Source of the DNA: Eledone cirrhosa
Taxonomy: Eukaryota
Direction of reading: 5' to 3'
Length of the DNA: 64,000 nucleotides
Assembly: GCA_964016885.1 (NCBI GenBank)
Contig: OZ024741.1
Coordinates: forward strand, 231,012,001 to 231,076,000
Below, piece by piece: positions 29,430-43,630 of this stretch (position 1 is the first letter of the stretch; each line of letters opens with the position of its first letter). The translations under genes and the position numbers were made by a program. The notes below the pieces were generated by a model, which saw only the letters and a program-made list of their open reading frames with translations, searched no databases and was not told the DNA's origin.

Positions 29430-29528
29430 GTATATATATATATGTATATATATGTATATTATATATGTATATATATGTATATATATATATATATATAATA
29501 TATATGTATATGTATATATATATATGTA

Positions 29529-29574
<46 letters not shown>

Positions 29575-29592
29575 GTATATATATATCTATAC

Positions 29593-29623
<31 letters not shown>

Positions 29624-29666
29624 CATATATATATCTATACATATATATACATATATATATCTATAC

Positions 29667-29715
<49 letters not shown>

Positions 29716-30359
29716 TAGATATATATATGTATATATATATATTAGAAAGTGAGGCTTTTCTTTGGGGTTTTTTTTTACAGAATGAAAATAACCGAGGTGT
29801 CCTACACGAGTGAAAGTATAAAGAAAAATAGATGAAATCGAAAATGCAACTGAGTCTTATTTTTAAAACCAGAACAATTCTCCCATCCCATTTCTCTTGA
29901 CCATTATATTTTTCTTGTCATAAAACTCTCTGAAAAGGCTACAGAATGGATTTCCAAATACGGGCGCGAAATTTAATGAAAACTTGTTCACGTGACAGCC
30001 ATAATTTCATTTATAACCAATCAAGTTACGTTTATAAAAAAAAAGCCTTCGTGAGCCCCTGTTTTAAGTAAAAAGAAATTCAAACACTCATATATGAAAA
30101 GACAACCTGAGCCCCCCTCCCCACGTTTTTTGAAGAACTTTGTAACGCGAACTGGCACGAAATTTATTATAATTATTGACCAACCAATCAAATTACTTCT
30201 CTAAAAACCTGGCTTTTCGAGCCACTTTTTTCCATATAAAACAAGCAACATTCAAAGTCCAACCAGATGTGATAAAAAACCACAGACCCTCCATCTCAAC
30301 TCTACTTTTGAAAAGCAGAAAACTGTGAAACCGGTAAAGGATCCAAATAAATATATATA

Positions 30360-30433
<74 letters not shown>

Positions 30434-30466
30434 AGATTTGAATGGATACAGTTTAGTTGAAAGAAT

Positions 30467-30588
30467 TTATTGACACGTGTTTCTGTAACAGTTACATAAC
30501 CTGAAAACAGCTGCTATCTACAAAAGTTTTAGTTATGCAGACATTCAATATTTCAATGTTATTATTTACTGTCATTTCATCAGAATAA
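30467..30588 (-). ncRNA. Type I hammerhead ribozyme with long domain II (family E)
   Basis: Stem I TTATT/AATAA; CTGATGA; TGACAGT/ACTGTTA stem (two mismatches at its base) around ~75 nt; GAAAC-ACGT-GTC followed by AATAAA. Confidence 0.7.
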
Positions 30589-31280
30589 TATTATTGAGGA
30601 CCTATTTGGTTTTTATAGAGAATATTAGGAGGGAGGGGTGAAGTTGTTAGAGGAATAGTTGAGGGAGTGGTTTGTTGATAGCAGTGAGAATTTTTTGGTG
30701 GCAGTGAGTAATTAGATTCCCATCTGTTGTTTTGACATTTTTATAGAATATATTATTGGTTGTTTTTCTAAATTTATAGAAGGATTAGAGATAGTAAAGA
30801 TATGCGTGGTTGGTTTTTTGTTTGCACTTAATTAATATTCAGACTTAAAGTTTTCTTTCAAGTGTACGTATCCTTTCACCCACGCATTCCCACACAAATA
30901 TATTTGCACTCCTCTACAAAATACATATACTCACATTCACATATTCATACTTACATACATATACACATGCATACATATATATATACACTAATGTATTCAT
31001 GTACATACATACGCGTTCATGTGTATACATTTTCATACTCAACTTATCTTTATATACACACGCATAGACACACACATATATATATACATATATATATATA
31101 TATAAGCACTTTAATACATGAATACACTTACATCCTACTATACACATCAAACATATATATATATTTACTTATTTATATACATTTTCACATATATATACAT
31201 ACTTATGGACGTTTTTAGACACATTCATTATCGCATATTTGCACCTATTTTCATCAGCATATCTTTCCATTATTACAATA

Positions 31281-32197
31281 ATCAATCTAAGTAAGACATA
31301 GAGTATACTTAAGACTTTAGCATGTAAAACGAGTTGATATGAGGCAGATGTGTGAAATTGACATGTAAAAGCTGTCATGGGGTGTATTATATATAGTGTA
31401 GAGATAATCCGGGGCTTTAAACAATGTACCAGTTCCTTTACCGTAGAATTATTTATTATCTGACAGATACAATATTTATCATTGTAGTGAGGATAATAAT
31501 TGTTGTGATGTGAAGTGGATTCAATATTTATGTGGTCTATATTAGATGAAGGGATTGTTAGCTCGAATCATGAGGTTGTTTAGCTTTCACATCATTAATA
31601 ACATACATGTATAAGATAACATTAACAGAGTAGCAATATAATAAGTAAGTTAATACAGAGGTTAAGGAGGCAATATATATATATATATATATATAGAAAA
31701 CATGCTGACTACAATTATAACAACAGGGGGAAGGTGATGTTTTACTGTGGTAGTATTCTGAAAATGTACTTGGATTTAGGTTCATCTGTTGAGAATCAAG
31801 AGTGAGACAGTTGTGTTGACAGCAGCTGAGAAGAGATATTTTATGGGTTGATAAGATATTTGCAGACTTTACAGTGGTATAGAATTAAGAAGGCTAGAAT
31901 TTGCTTAATGAGTATTATATTAATTCTATACCAAATATTGAAACCACTTCACACCACAAAAATTACTATCCTCACTACAATGATAAATATTTTGTCTGTC
32001 AGATAATAAATAATTCTTACGGTCACCAAACCTACGGTAAAGGAAATGGTACATTGTTTAAAGGCCCGGCTTATGTCTACACTATATATAATAAACCCCA
32101 TGACAGCTTTTACATGTCAATTTCATACATCTGACTCATATCAGGTCGTTTTACATGCTAAAGTCTTAAGTATACTCTATGTCTTACTTAGATTGAT
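31281..32197. repeat. Diverged inverted repeat (31281-31530 / 31933-32197) containing a GIY-YIG remnant
   Basis: The plus arm translates KYFVCQIINNSYGHQTYGKGNGTLFK, similar to NLIYECKIITSTNSFTYFGSTSTSFK of the PLE at 26327. Confidence 0.65.
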
Positions 32198-32314
32198 GTT
32201 GTGATTATTTCAAATAATTTATTGCTAGCACTGTTAGTATTGTTGTTATTGTTCTGATTGAATGCCACTACTATATATAGAAGCCATGCCTATGTATTCC
32301 CTTAATTCTCGCTA

Positions 32315-32420
32315 GCTCTGATGAATTGACTGGTTACAACTATGTATTGGTGATCGATTGTCGCCAATACAGGCGGGTAGCGATCTCTAGACCTACCAGT
32401 TCAGAGAAACAATTGTCAGC
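32315..32420 (+). ncRNA. Type I hammerhead ribozyme with branched domain II (family F)
   Basis: GCT/AGC stem I; CTGATGA 32318-32324; TTGACTGGT/ACCAGTTCAG stem enclosing the hairpin TGTATTGGTGA/TCGCCAATACA; GAAAC-AATT-GTC (32406-32417). Confidence 0.7.
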
Positions 32421-32999
32421 AAAGTGATTAAAAACATTTTTTGTATAGCAAACCATGTCAGACTTCTTTCTTGATTTATATATATATATACATGAGAATA
32501 AAACAAACGCACACGTACTAAACAAATAATGTTACTAGGTTCACGATTAGATGAAATATAGAAAAGGGAGAATGAACGTATCGGATTTAGCTCATCGTCG
32601 GGAGATACAGTATAATGGTAGAGGACACAGCTTTTAGACAAAAGTGGAGAAAAGGAACAAGATAAATATAGATAAAAGAGGAGAGAAATTTACGTGAGAT
32701 TTGTGTGATGAATAATCCAAAAAACATTTACACTTTCCGAAACCTGGGTAAACCTCTGCTGGTCAGTAGACGCCAGCGTTGTCTCTTCTCCTGCCAAACA
32801 TTATCTCGTTTGTTCGATACAGTTCTGGAATATCGCACCAGGTGAATTAAAATTGTTTTATGCTTTCTTTTTCTTCCCAGGTGATCATATTCTGTAGGTA
32901 AATCTGATGGAAATTTTTATCCACGTACACAGGTAATGTTGCTGTCATCTTCCACGGTTCATCCCTATACACAAACACGCGTACACACAGCGCCCCCCC

Positions 33000-33102
<103 letters not shown>

Positions 33103-33149
33103 CAACCACACACACACACACACAAATCTTTATATATATATACATAATT

Positions 33150-33980
33150 TGAAAGCGAATAACACGATATTTTTGACAGTAAGGAAGAACAATTAGAGGC
33201 GTTCATTCAAGAGGAACAGAAGCAATTCGTGAAAGTTAACCTGCTGAAGGAAACAGATTTAATCTGTGGCTGGAGCAGACCTTTAGACAGGAGGAGAGTA
33301 ACTTGGTGATGGAAGAGTAGGGTAGATGAGACAATCAAGGCCAAATGGCAGGCTTGGAAAGAATTACGTGTGGGGGAAGTAGAGAACACTATCGGGTGGC
33401 TAGGAGAGAAGCTATGCAACAAGTGATCTTTGCAAGAAAGGAACCAGAAAATAGAAAGTTCAAGTAATTTCTACAACGCGACGACCAAAAGTGTAAGGTG
33501 TTCAGGATTGCAAGACAATATGTCAAGGGAAATTGTGATATGGTCGGGGTAAGTGTGTCTGTAATGATGATGGTGTACTCGCCCTCACTGAGAACTGATA
33601 AAAAGGTAGCTTGGATGTGTCATTACTAGAAACTATTAAACGAGGAGAATGAATGGGATAAATAAAGTCTGCCGCAAGCTGATCGAACAGAGGGACCAGC
33701 TGTGAAAGTGAGTGGTAATATAGTAAGTAAGGCAATGAAAGATATGAGGACAGGCAAGGTAGCTAAGCATTTAGAGATAGTTGCTAAGATTTGGATAGCA
33801 TCTGGAACCAAAGCATCTGGAACCAAATCAGCAGTGGAGGAGGGTGTCCTGAAAGTACAGAAGCCTGAGTTAAAACGGGATTGTGGCCGCTGTTGACCAG
33901 AAAAGGTTCCCTCCAAAAACGAAAGGCAGATTGCAGATTGTTTGATACTTGTATACGACCAGCAATGTTACATGGTAGGC
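33150..33980 (+). mobile_element. Decayed RTE-like LINE fragment
   Basis: W*WKSRVDETIKAKWQAWKE and GKCVCNDDGVLALTETDKKVAW..LLNEENEWDK; paralogue at 44260-45370. Confidence 0.6.
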
Positions 33981-34266
33981 ATGGTCCCCCTACCATCCAT
34001 CATTGGTGGTCGTATACAAGTATCAAACAATCTGCCTTTCATTTTTTGAGGGGATATTTTCTGGTCAACAGCGGCCACATTTTTGGAGTTATAATCACGT
34101 TATAACTGGCTTCTGTACTGGAATTATGTGGTTGGCAAATAAGAAGGGCAACCATTTGTAGAAAATTAGCCAGAAACAGTCCTATATGACCAAGTGGGAC
34201 AAACCCGTATAACCCGTGCTAGCGTGGAAGATAGACGTTAAACGATGATGGTGACACACACATATA

Positions 34267-35390
<1,124 letters not shown>

Positions 35391-35464
35391 TATATTATGA
35401 AGAGAGAAGAAACATTTAGATATAATTAGTAATAAAATGTATCATACCTAAACTGCTCCTACAT

Positions 35465-35554
35465 TCCTCGACTACGTAGTTTCGTGGCATAAACAAAAAC
35501 AATACATCATAAAGATATAGAGCTTTTGCGAGGTCTGCCGACTTATCAAGAGGA
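35465..35554 (-). ncRNA. Type I hammerhead, U3-A8 variant (family H)
   Basis: Mirror of 36125-36213. Confidence 0.8.
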
Positions 35555-36124
35555 TACCTCGTTTTACTAGCTTCAAGAACGCGTCTATATGATGTGAGAA
35601 AGAATTCTAAAAGGCGGAGGGGGAGATAGTCACGTGATACAACAATATGATACATTTTATTACTAATTATATCTAAATGTTTCTTCTCTCTTCATAATGT
35701 ACTTTTAGCTCTGATACTGGTTCAGTCTAATCCAACCGGATTGACCTGTCCCAGTTATTCATACAGCAACATTGGTCAAGGTTGGCACCATTAACTCAAG
35801 GATGGATGTGGATACATTCATGTATATGTGGCATGTATCTGTGTGTTTCTAAATATATTGTTCATAACTCCCTCTGGTCGAGTAATCTTTGAAGTGTGGT
35901 GACTGCTGGAAAGCTTCCATTACTAATACTTCTCGCCACCTTCACCACCTCTTCTGCGGCTTCGATATAAATACCCCCTCCGCCTCCGTGGTATTTTTGG
36001 GGGGGTTATAAGAGGCTTAGCTCTGTTTCTTGACCGTTGTATCACGTCACTATCTCCCCCTCCACCTTTTGGGATTCTTTCTCACATCATATAGACGCGT
36101 TCTTGAAGCTAGTAAAACGAGGTA

Positions 36125-36213
36125 TCCTCTTGATAAGTCGGCAGACCTCGCAAAAGCTCTATATCTTTATGATGTATTGTTTTGTTTATGCCACGAAACT
36201 ACGTAGTCGAGGA
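36125..36213 (+). ncRNA. Type I hammerhead, U3-A8 variant (family H)
   Basis: Stem I TCCTC/GAGGA; core TTGATAA 36130-36136; stem II GT(C)GGCA/TGCCAC around ~45 nt; GAAAC-TACGTA-GTC. Predicted cleavage after C36208. Confidence 0.8.
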
Positions 36214-36446
36214 ATCTAGGAGCAGTTTAGGTATGATACATTTTATTACTAATTATATCTAAATGTTTCTTCTCTCTTCATAATGTACTTTTAGCTCTGA
36301 TACTGGTTCAGTCTAATCCAACCGGATTGACCTGTCCCAGTTATTCATAGAGCAACATCGGTTAAGGTTGGCACCATTAACTCAAGGATGGATGTGGATA
36401 CATTCATGTATATGTGTGTGTCCGCATGTATCTGTGTGTTTCTAAA

Positions 36447-36505
<59 letters not shown>

Positions 36506-36608
36506 TACTACTGTACGTCTGTATACATGTATGTATGTACGTATACATACTTATATTTAAGTAACAGCCGTACTAAGAGTGAGAATTGAAATTTCGTTTC
36601 ATTTTTTC

Positions 36609-36646
<38 letters not shown>

Positions 36647-36647
36647 T

Positions 36648-36686
<39 letters not shown>

Positions 36687-36702
36687 TAATATATATAATT
36701 AT

Positions 36703-36787
36703 TTCTACTTTTAGCACAAGGCCAGCAATTACCCAGTGCATTACTGGTACTTTATTTTATCTTTATCGACCCCGTAAGGATGAAAGG

Positions 36788-36790
<3 letters not shown>
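36703..36790 (-). mobile_element. tRNA-SINE 3' fragment
   Basis: Reverse of gcctttcatccttacggggtcgata..aaagtaccagtaatgcactgggtaatt (cf. 57918-58000). Confidence 0.7.
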
Positions 36791-36872
<82 letters not shown>

Positions 36873-38424
36873 AGACAGACAGAGAGAAGGAGGGAGAGAG
36901 AAAGTGAGTGAAAGGAAGAGGAATAGAATGCAAGAGAATGAAAAAAGAGAGATTGATTGGGGGAGAAGAGAAAAACTGTGTCCGTACTTTATTTTTCAAA
37001 ATCAAGCGAAGTTGACTTCTTGCTCATAGTGCAGTGAATTGGAAGCCTTTGTGCCATATTTTTCTTGTTTGAACTCTAGCGATTCCACGAATTCTCAGAG
37101 AAAACAAAATGTAAAAACACTTAACATGTTTTGTCTCGATATACAGTCAATGACGTCCGCTTCATCAGACATTCTGCCACATGGAGTACCCATCTAAGTT
37201 GTTATACTGTTACGATGACCCTACTTCAACGCTAAATATCAAATGATGTCGACTTTTAACACAAGGAAACACTTGAGCTTATTGTCGACCAATCAGAAGT
37301 TCTTTTGTTTTTGCTTCAAATTTGTAAGTATCGCTCTTTTTGAATTGACCTGCAGTATATGTCCTTGTGGAGTCGATGAAATAAAGCACCAGCATGCACT
37401 GGGATAATTGCTAGCCTTGTGCCAAAAGTAGAAACAATTATGTTTTTCTTACGAAATTCTCTAATGATTGGTGGACAATTTTGTAGAATGTTGTACATCT
37501 TTCGCAGCGAAATAATTTGATATTTGGCGTTAAAAATGGGCGTTCGTAACCTACCCATTTTTCAGTTCGGTGAACAAGATTGGCAACCAGTGTGCCAATG
37601 GCATGAGAGGATTAAACAGCAAGCGTTACCGAATAAAATGTCTTTTATTTAAGAAAACAATGAATATTTATCTAAACATTGATTCTGACAATCTTTCTGT
37701 TACATTCATATTATTCCATATAATTTGATTTTGCAGGCCCTCAGAGATCGATGAAGTAGCCCTCAGAGATTGATGAAGCACATGTCTTAAATAGCTGCAG
37801 GTATTTGGCTGTTTAAATTAACAACGCCTCAAGTTTGATGGCCATTAGGAGACTCTCCTGTGTTGTAAATGCATATGAAAATGCATATGGAAATGCACAT
37901 GAGCACCACACACCACTTACTGTTTAAAAATAAACAAACAACCAGATAAATTGATGAATAAATAAATAATGCAAAGTCTAAAAAGATTTATCGCCAAATA
38001 AGTTCTAATTGTAAATGTTAATAAAACTGGAAAACATGTCATCTCGTGAGACTGAATGTGTATGATTGTTCCGTTAGCATCGTGATCATGATGAACGCCT
38101 CTCCGATAACAAGTTTCAGATAATGGAAAGCAATTTAATTTCCTAACGATTTAAAGTGTGTTAATCTGCATTGCAATGCCAACCCTTTCCAATGCTGGAA
38201 TTATTATTTTATTAACATTGCACTCAACTTTAGCCAACGGTAAATAATAACAACCTTGTTAACTTATTTACATATTGAATGTTTTCTTTGTCTGTCTGTC
38301 ATGAAACACTTTATTCTCATTTTATGAAAGACGTACGGCGTGGAAAAAATTGTTACAGCAGGGCTGCAAAGTCCACCATTGCATCGACTGAAACAGCATC
38401 AAATATCAACTCTATGTGTATATG

Positions 38425-38541
<117 letters not shown>

Positions 38542-38624
38542 GGTAAACAGAAAAAAAACAACACAATCGGTACAGTATATGGAAGGTATGTATTAGGTTA
38601 CCGGTTGATATAGCAGGAAGAGGG

Positions 38625-38660
38625 TTTTAACATTTCGAACGCTAGTCCTTCATCAGAAGA
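38625..38660 (-). ncRNA. Degenerate minimal hammerhead
   Basis: CTGATGA-A-GGAC-TAGC-GTTC-GAAA-TGT-TA; stems I and III are weak. Confidence 0.45.
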
Positions 38661-38758
38661 CAGAATGAGAAATAAAATAAATTAAGGGGTCGGGCGGGAT
38701 GGAATTGGAAAAAAATGTCTTTAGATAAAATAATAGGTCCATTCATGTTGATATCTCT

Positions 38759-38789
<31 letters not shown>

Positions 38790-39293
38790 TTCGTTTCTGA
38801 ATTTGTTTAGCAAGATTCTTTATCTGAAAACGTGTGTTGAAACAGATATTGTTATGCTTTTGTAGGGTCATGTTGCCAATATGAAGCACACCCACCAGTT
38901 GGTTTCACTCCAATTTATTATAAATTAAATATATAAATTTAAGAATTTATAAATTTCCGGTTGGCTGGTTGGTTCCACAACCAGACGATTGTTCATATAT
39001 TGTCAAAGTTCTTTCGTCACACATTATGTGACCTCTTCAGTGACTGGGGATTATTTTCTTTGTTTTTGTGCCTCTCCTTTGTTCTGTCCTACGCCATCTT
39101 GTTTTTGTGTGTGTGTTGTGCTTAGTTTGCGCATGTGTTACATCTGGGTGTCCGTGTATGTTTATATTTGTTTATTTATTTGTTTATTTACATATTACTG
39201 GTTGGTTGTTTGTCCTATGTGTGTGTGTGTTTTCATTTTGTCCTTAATTGCAAGTTGTGATGTCGCTATTCCATTCATGTTTTCCCGAAGCAT

Positions 39294-39340
<47 letters not shown>

Positions 39341-39386
39341 AAATAAAATAAATAAGTCAAATGTTTAAAATTTGGCTTCGTTTATT

Positions 39387-39441
39387 ACTGCTATATATAT
39401 TTCGGTGACAGCCATCTTTGGATGTGACTTCTTCAGGCAGT
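39387..39441 (-). ncRNA. Type I hammerhead (family I) in PLE pLTR
   Basis: ACTGC CTGAAGA AGTCACATCCA-AAGA-TGGCTGTCACC GAAA-TATATA-TA GCAGT AATAAA. Its 5' half recurs at 43578-43608 (+) with a better-paired stem II. Confidence 0.75.
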
Positions 39442-40758
39442 CCGAATTAGTGTGGTAGAGACGAGTCCACATGTTGTTGAGGCGTATAACATTGTCAATA
39501 CTCTGACATGCCCAGTTCCTGCTTGGGTTGTTATTTCACTGAGGAACTGGAATCATATGTATTTAAACAAACGAATTTCAGCGTCAAAGGACACTTCACC
39601 TCTCATTGGTGACTTGTTAGAACATTCCTCAGTCAAAAGTGTATAGAAATTCGTTTTGAGGTAAGCCAATCTGTAGTTGTGGTTCTTGTTATTGTTAGGT
39701 ACATCTGACCTCTATTCTTATGTTGGTAGTGGTGTTGTTGTTGGAGTCAGCTAAAAAAATGATAAAGTGGTAGAAGGAATAAGCTGGTAAAGGAACAAAA
39801 TAAAATAAAATAATCGAATAAAATGTGTGTGTGTGTTATACCCATCTCAATGTTATAAAGATGTGTAAGGTCACTCTTACCATTGGTCAGTTTTGAGAGC
39901 ATTTCTCAGTCCAAAGTCTATAGAAATTCCTTCTGGGGTGAGGCTCCCTGTAGTGTTTGTGTTTGCTATTGTTAAGTACATCTGACTCTACACTTATTTT
40001 GGTAGTGTTGTTGGTGTCGTGGTCAGCTTATGTCTTGCTGCTGCTGACAATTTAGAAATATCTGTGTGTGTGTTTCTTCATCCTTCCTGCCACCATCTCC
40101 CGTGGTGGTGGTGGTGGTGGTGGTAGGGGGGTTCTGGCATGTATATGAAGAAATAGAAGGCAATCAAATGAAGAAAACAGAAAATAAATAAATAATAAAT
40201 AGAGAATAAATGAAAAATTAATGAAAAAGTAATGAAAAATGAAAATGGAAAATGAAAATTGAAAATGAAAAGTGACAATAAAATAAGATAAAAAGTGTGT
40301 GTGCTATAACCAATCTCAAGGTCAGAAATATGTTGGATAAAGGGGTAGGAGGAACAAGATGGTAAAAGAATAAAATGAAATAGGATAATCAAATAGAATG
40401 TGTGTGTGTTATAACCAATCTCAACTTAAATATAAATATAGGGTGATAAAGTGAAGAAAACAGAAAACAAATAACAAATGAATAATGAGAAATCAAAAAT
40501 GAAAAATCAAAAATCAAGTAAAGTAATATTTGTGTGTGTTATAAAGATGTTGGCCAAATTATAAAGGCTGTGTCAGAATCAATCTCTAAGCTCTCATGTT
40601 GTCTGCTCAGCCTGGGTTGATCCCTATGGCTTGAGGGGACTTCCCAACCTATGGTATTGTTACTGCCCATAAAGCTTGAGGGAGTTGTTGCCGAGAGGTG
40701 TCTACATGTTCTGGAGAAGTCCCTATAGCTTGAGGGGAGTTCACATCTTATTGTTTTG

Positions 40759-42415
40759 CTACTGTCCATATATCTTGAGGAAGGTCCCGACTCTGAGGTG
40801 TCTGCATGTCCCGAAGAAGTCGGTTCTGAGGTTTATCAGGCCGCTTACACCTCTTAGTATCTCGAGGGTCTCGTTCAGACATAGTTTGCATATGCAATAT
40901 CCCCCTTTATCGGGTGGTACTTTCCTGATTATGGACCAGACCAGAGAGTACGGGGTCTTGTCCAGCTTAAGCTTCCAGATCAGGTCGGAGAGAGCCGTAC
41001 TTTTTCTTTTGGCCTCTTTATTGAAGGAATAGCGATGGTTATACCAGCGGGTTTTAAAGCTCATTCATGTGTCTCCTATGTAGAGATGTTGGGAGTTGGG
41101 AGTTTTAACCCTACAACAGTATACTAGGTTCTTCTTAAGGCATTCATTACCAAGTGGGCATGATTCGGGGTTTCTGCAGTTGCAGAGGGTGGTCGACCTC
41201 TGCGTGCCTAAATTGGGGTTCCCGTTAGGTGTTACATGGTGGACTTCCACCAGGCACGGTGGGAGGTCCCCGGGTCTGTTTGGGTTTCTTGGGTGGGCAT
41301 TGGGTCCCCCATCTCTCCTTTCACATGGTTCTGCTGAGTGCTTGTATTGCCATCTTCTGGGTGTGTGTGGTTTTTAAGCCTACTCTTGTTGATGCTAGCT
41401 ATGTGTTGGGACAGATTTCTCGTGGTGGAATACGAGAGCTTCACAGTGTGTCTGTTGAAGATCTTGTGGTATCTATGGTCCCTCGGGAAGCGTTTATCAA
41501 GTGGCCCAAAGAATGATCGGGCCAAGCTGTTCTTTAGGGCCGCTGAGTAGGGTGGGTTGCACCACGTGATTTTTCTGTGTCTCCTCCTATATGTGTGGGT
41601 CGGGGGCGTCGTGAGTTATTGGAGATTTGTTGGGTTGCTGGTGGTTACCGCATTGTTGCTTCCCCTTTGAGCGCTATGCGTTTTTCTATGTTCAGGGCCC
41701 GAATCTGTGGGGTCGTCGTTGCCCGCGCTGGGAAATCTGCCGTGGGGCGGTCCCTTGTTGCGCCCCCCTCCTCCACGTGTCCTGCGGTTGGGGTCGTCGG
41801 GCCTGGGGTTGTTAGCATCACCCCTGAGACTGCTACCCATATTGGGTTTCATCTCATGGTTAAGCGTACTCGTGACCAATGCCCGTGTGGTGGTGTTGGG
41901 CTCATGGTGCCTATTTGTTTCTGTTCTGCCTGTATTGTTAGGGTTTGACCCCACCCACTGACAACGTAGGTGTGGGTGTCCGTTGGGCCATCCCCATCTC
42001 GGCGTTTCGGACTATATGTTATACTTTGGCCATGTGCTGCCTTATATAGATTTGCCTTGTAATATTCAGCGTTGTTATCGAAGATTTCCTTACTTGCGGA
42101 CAGGCTGGAGATCCTGTCCGAGACACTCTTCACCACGGCCTTGGTTATGGATCTAGGGTGGTTTGACTTGGCGTTAACATACACGAGTTTCCTGTTGGGC
42201 TTGTGGTAGGGGTAGTATTGTTCGGTGTTCAGGTTTAGGGTGGTGTCTAGGAAGTTAACTACCTTTCTATTTGTGTCTAGTTCGATACTGAGCCCCTGGT
42301 TCTTAAAGAAATGGCGAATACGCCTCCTCATTCCCTCCCACATATTGGTGCTGTGGTCATATACTGTGAAGAGAGCATCGTCACGATATAATCCGCCGCC
42401 CAGGCAGGGGATTTC
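40759..42415 (-). pseudogene. PLE reverse transcriptase (YRDD) + GIY-YIG endonuclease pseudogene
   Basis: GLYRDDAL..VNFLDTTLNL..PYHKPN..YVNAKSNHP; RKITWCNPPYS..FPRDHRYHKIFNRHTVKLSYS; CNCRNPESCPLGNEC..LVY..YIGDT*MSFKTRWYNH..CKLCLNE. Two frameshifts and two stops. Confidence 0.9.
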
Positions 42416-42660
42416 ATCTTTAACGTATCGGATCGAGATCTTCGTCTGATAGTACAGTATAAAGGTAGAGGACACAGCTTTCAGTCTGAAGTGAGAGTGG
42501 AGAAAAGGAACAAGAAGAACACAGGTAAAAGAGGAGAGAAGTTTACGTAAGATTTGTGTGATGAATAATTCAAAAAAAAGTACGCTTTCCGAATTCGGGC
42601 TGATCCACTGCTCGTCCGTGGACACACACACACAGACGCACGCACACACTCACACACTCA

Positions 42661-42719
<59 letters not shown>

Positions 42720-42769
42720 ACACACACACACACATGTATGTATATATATATATATATATACACACACTT

Positions 42770-43630
42770 TATCTTACTTTATTTGAATCTTCATTTTATA
42801 TTTCACCCTCCATGTTCATTTTCATTACTTTTTCATTAGTTTTCATTAATTTTTCATTTATTCTTTATTCTCTATTTATTAATTATTTTCTGTTTTCTTC
42901 ATTTTATTTTATTGCCTTATATTTCTTCATATACATGGAAGAACCCCACCCCCACCCTCGCCACCACCACGGGAGATGGTGGCAGGAGGGATGAAGAAAC
43001 ACACGCAGATACTTCTAAATTGTCAGCAGCAGCAAGACATAAGCTCACCACAAGACCAATAACACTACCCACATAAGGGTAGAGGTCAGATGTACTTAAC
43101 AATAGCAAACACATACACTACAGGGAGCCTCACCCCAGAAAGAATTTCTATAGACTTTGGAATGAGGGATGCTCTCAAAACTGACCAATGGGAAGTTTGA
43201 CATTTTTTTGTTATTTTGTTCCTTTACCATCTTATTCCTTCTACCACTTTATCAATTTTTTTTTTTAGCTAACTCCAACAATAACAACACTACCAACACA
43301 AGAATTGTGGTTAGATGTACCTAACAATAACAAAAACAACAACCACAGATTTGCTTGCCTCGGAACGAATTTCTATAGAATTTTGAATGCGGAATGTTCT
43401 AACAACTGACCAATGAGAGGAGAAGAGGCCCTTTGACACTGAAATTGATTTGTTTGAATTCATATGATTCCAGTTCCTCAGTGAAATAACAACCCAACCA
43501 GGAACTGGGCATATCAGAGATTTACAAAGATATACACCTCAACAACATATGAACTTGTCTATACCACACTAATTCGGACTGCCTGAAGAGGTCACAGCCA
43601 AAGATGGCTTATTGACTTATTTATTTTATT
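42770..43630 (+). mobile_element. Inverted copy of the PLE 3' pLTR
   Basis: Diverged reverse complement of ~39340-40300, with the HHR 3' half deleted. Confidence 0.85.

Larger units (their letters stand above)
35394..36450. mobile_element. Non-coding HHR repeat cassette (585-bp unit plus inverted partial copy), nested in the family G cassette
   Basis: 35650-35860 repeats at 36235-36450; 35394-35645 is the inverse of ~36037-36283. Confidence 0.85.
39340..42415 (-). mobile_element. 5'-truncated Penelope-like element (RT C-half + GIY-YIG + 3' pLTR)
   Basis: RT/EN remnants at 40759-42415, 1.4 kb 3' region ending in an HHR and AATAAA next to (TA)n. Confidence 0.9.

Noticed and set aside
37115-37172. 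Minus-strand CTGATGAAGCGGA...AAAACATGTTA
   Set aside because: No GAAA or stem II closure; too degenerate to call.
41065-41067. In-frame TGA inside the GIY-YIG motif (YIGDT*MSFK) as possible selenocysteine
   Set aside because: The same element has two frameshifts and a TAA, the homologous position is Ser in the 26327 element, and I identified no SECIS. Simple nonsense decay is more likely.
42420-42620. HHR-like traces CAGACGAAGATC..GATACGTTA (and paralogue 32575-32605)
   Set aside because: Multiple core mismatches in both paralogues; cannot be supported.
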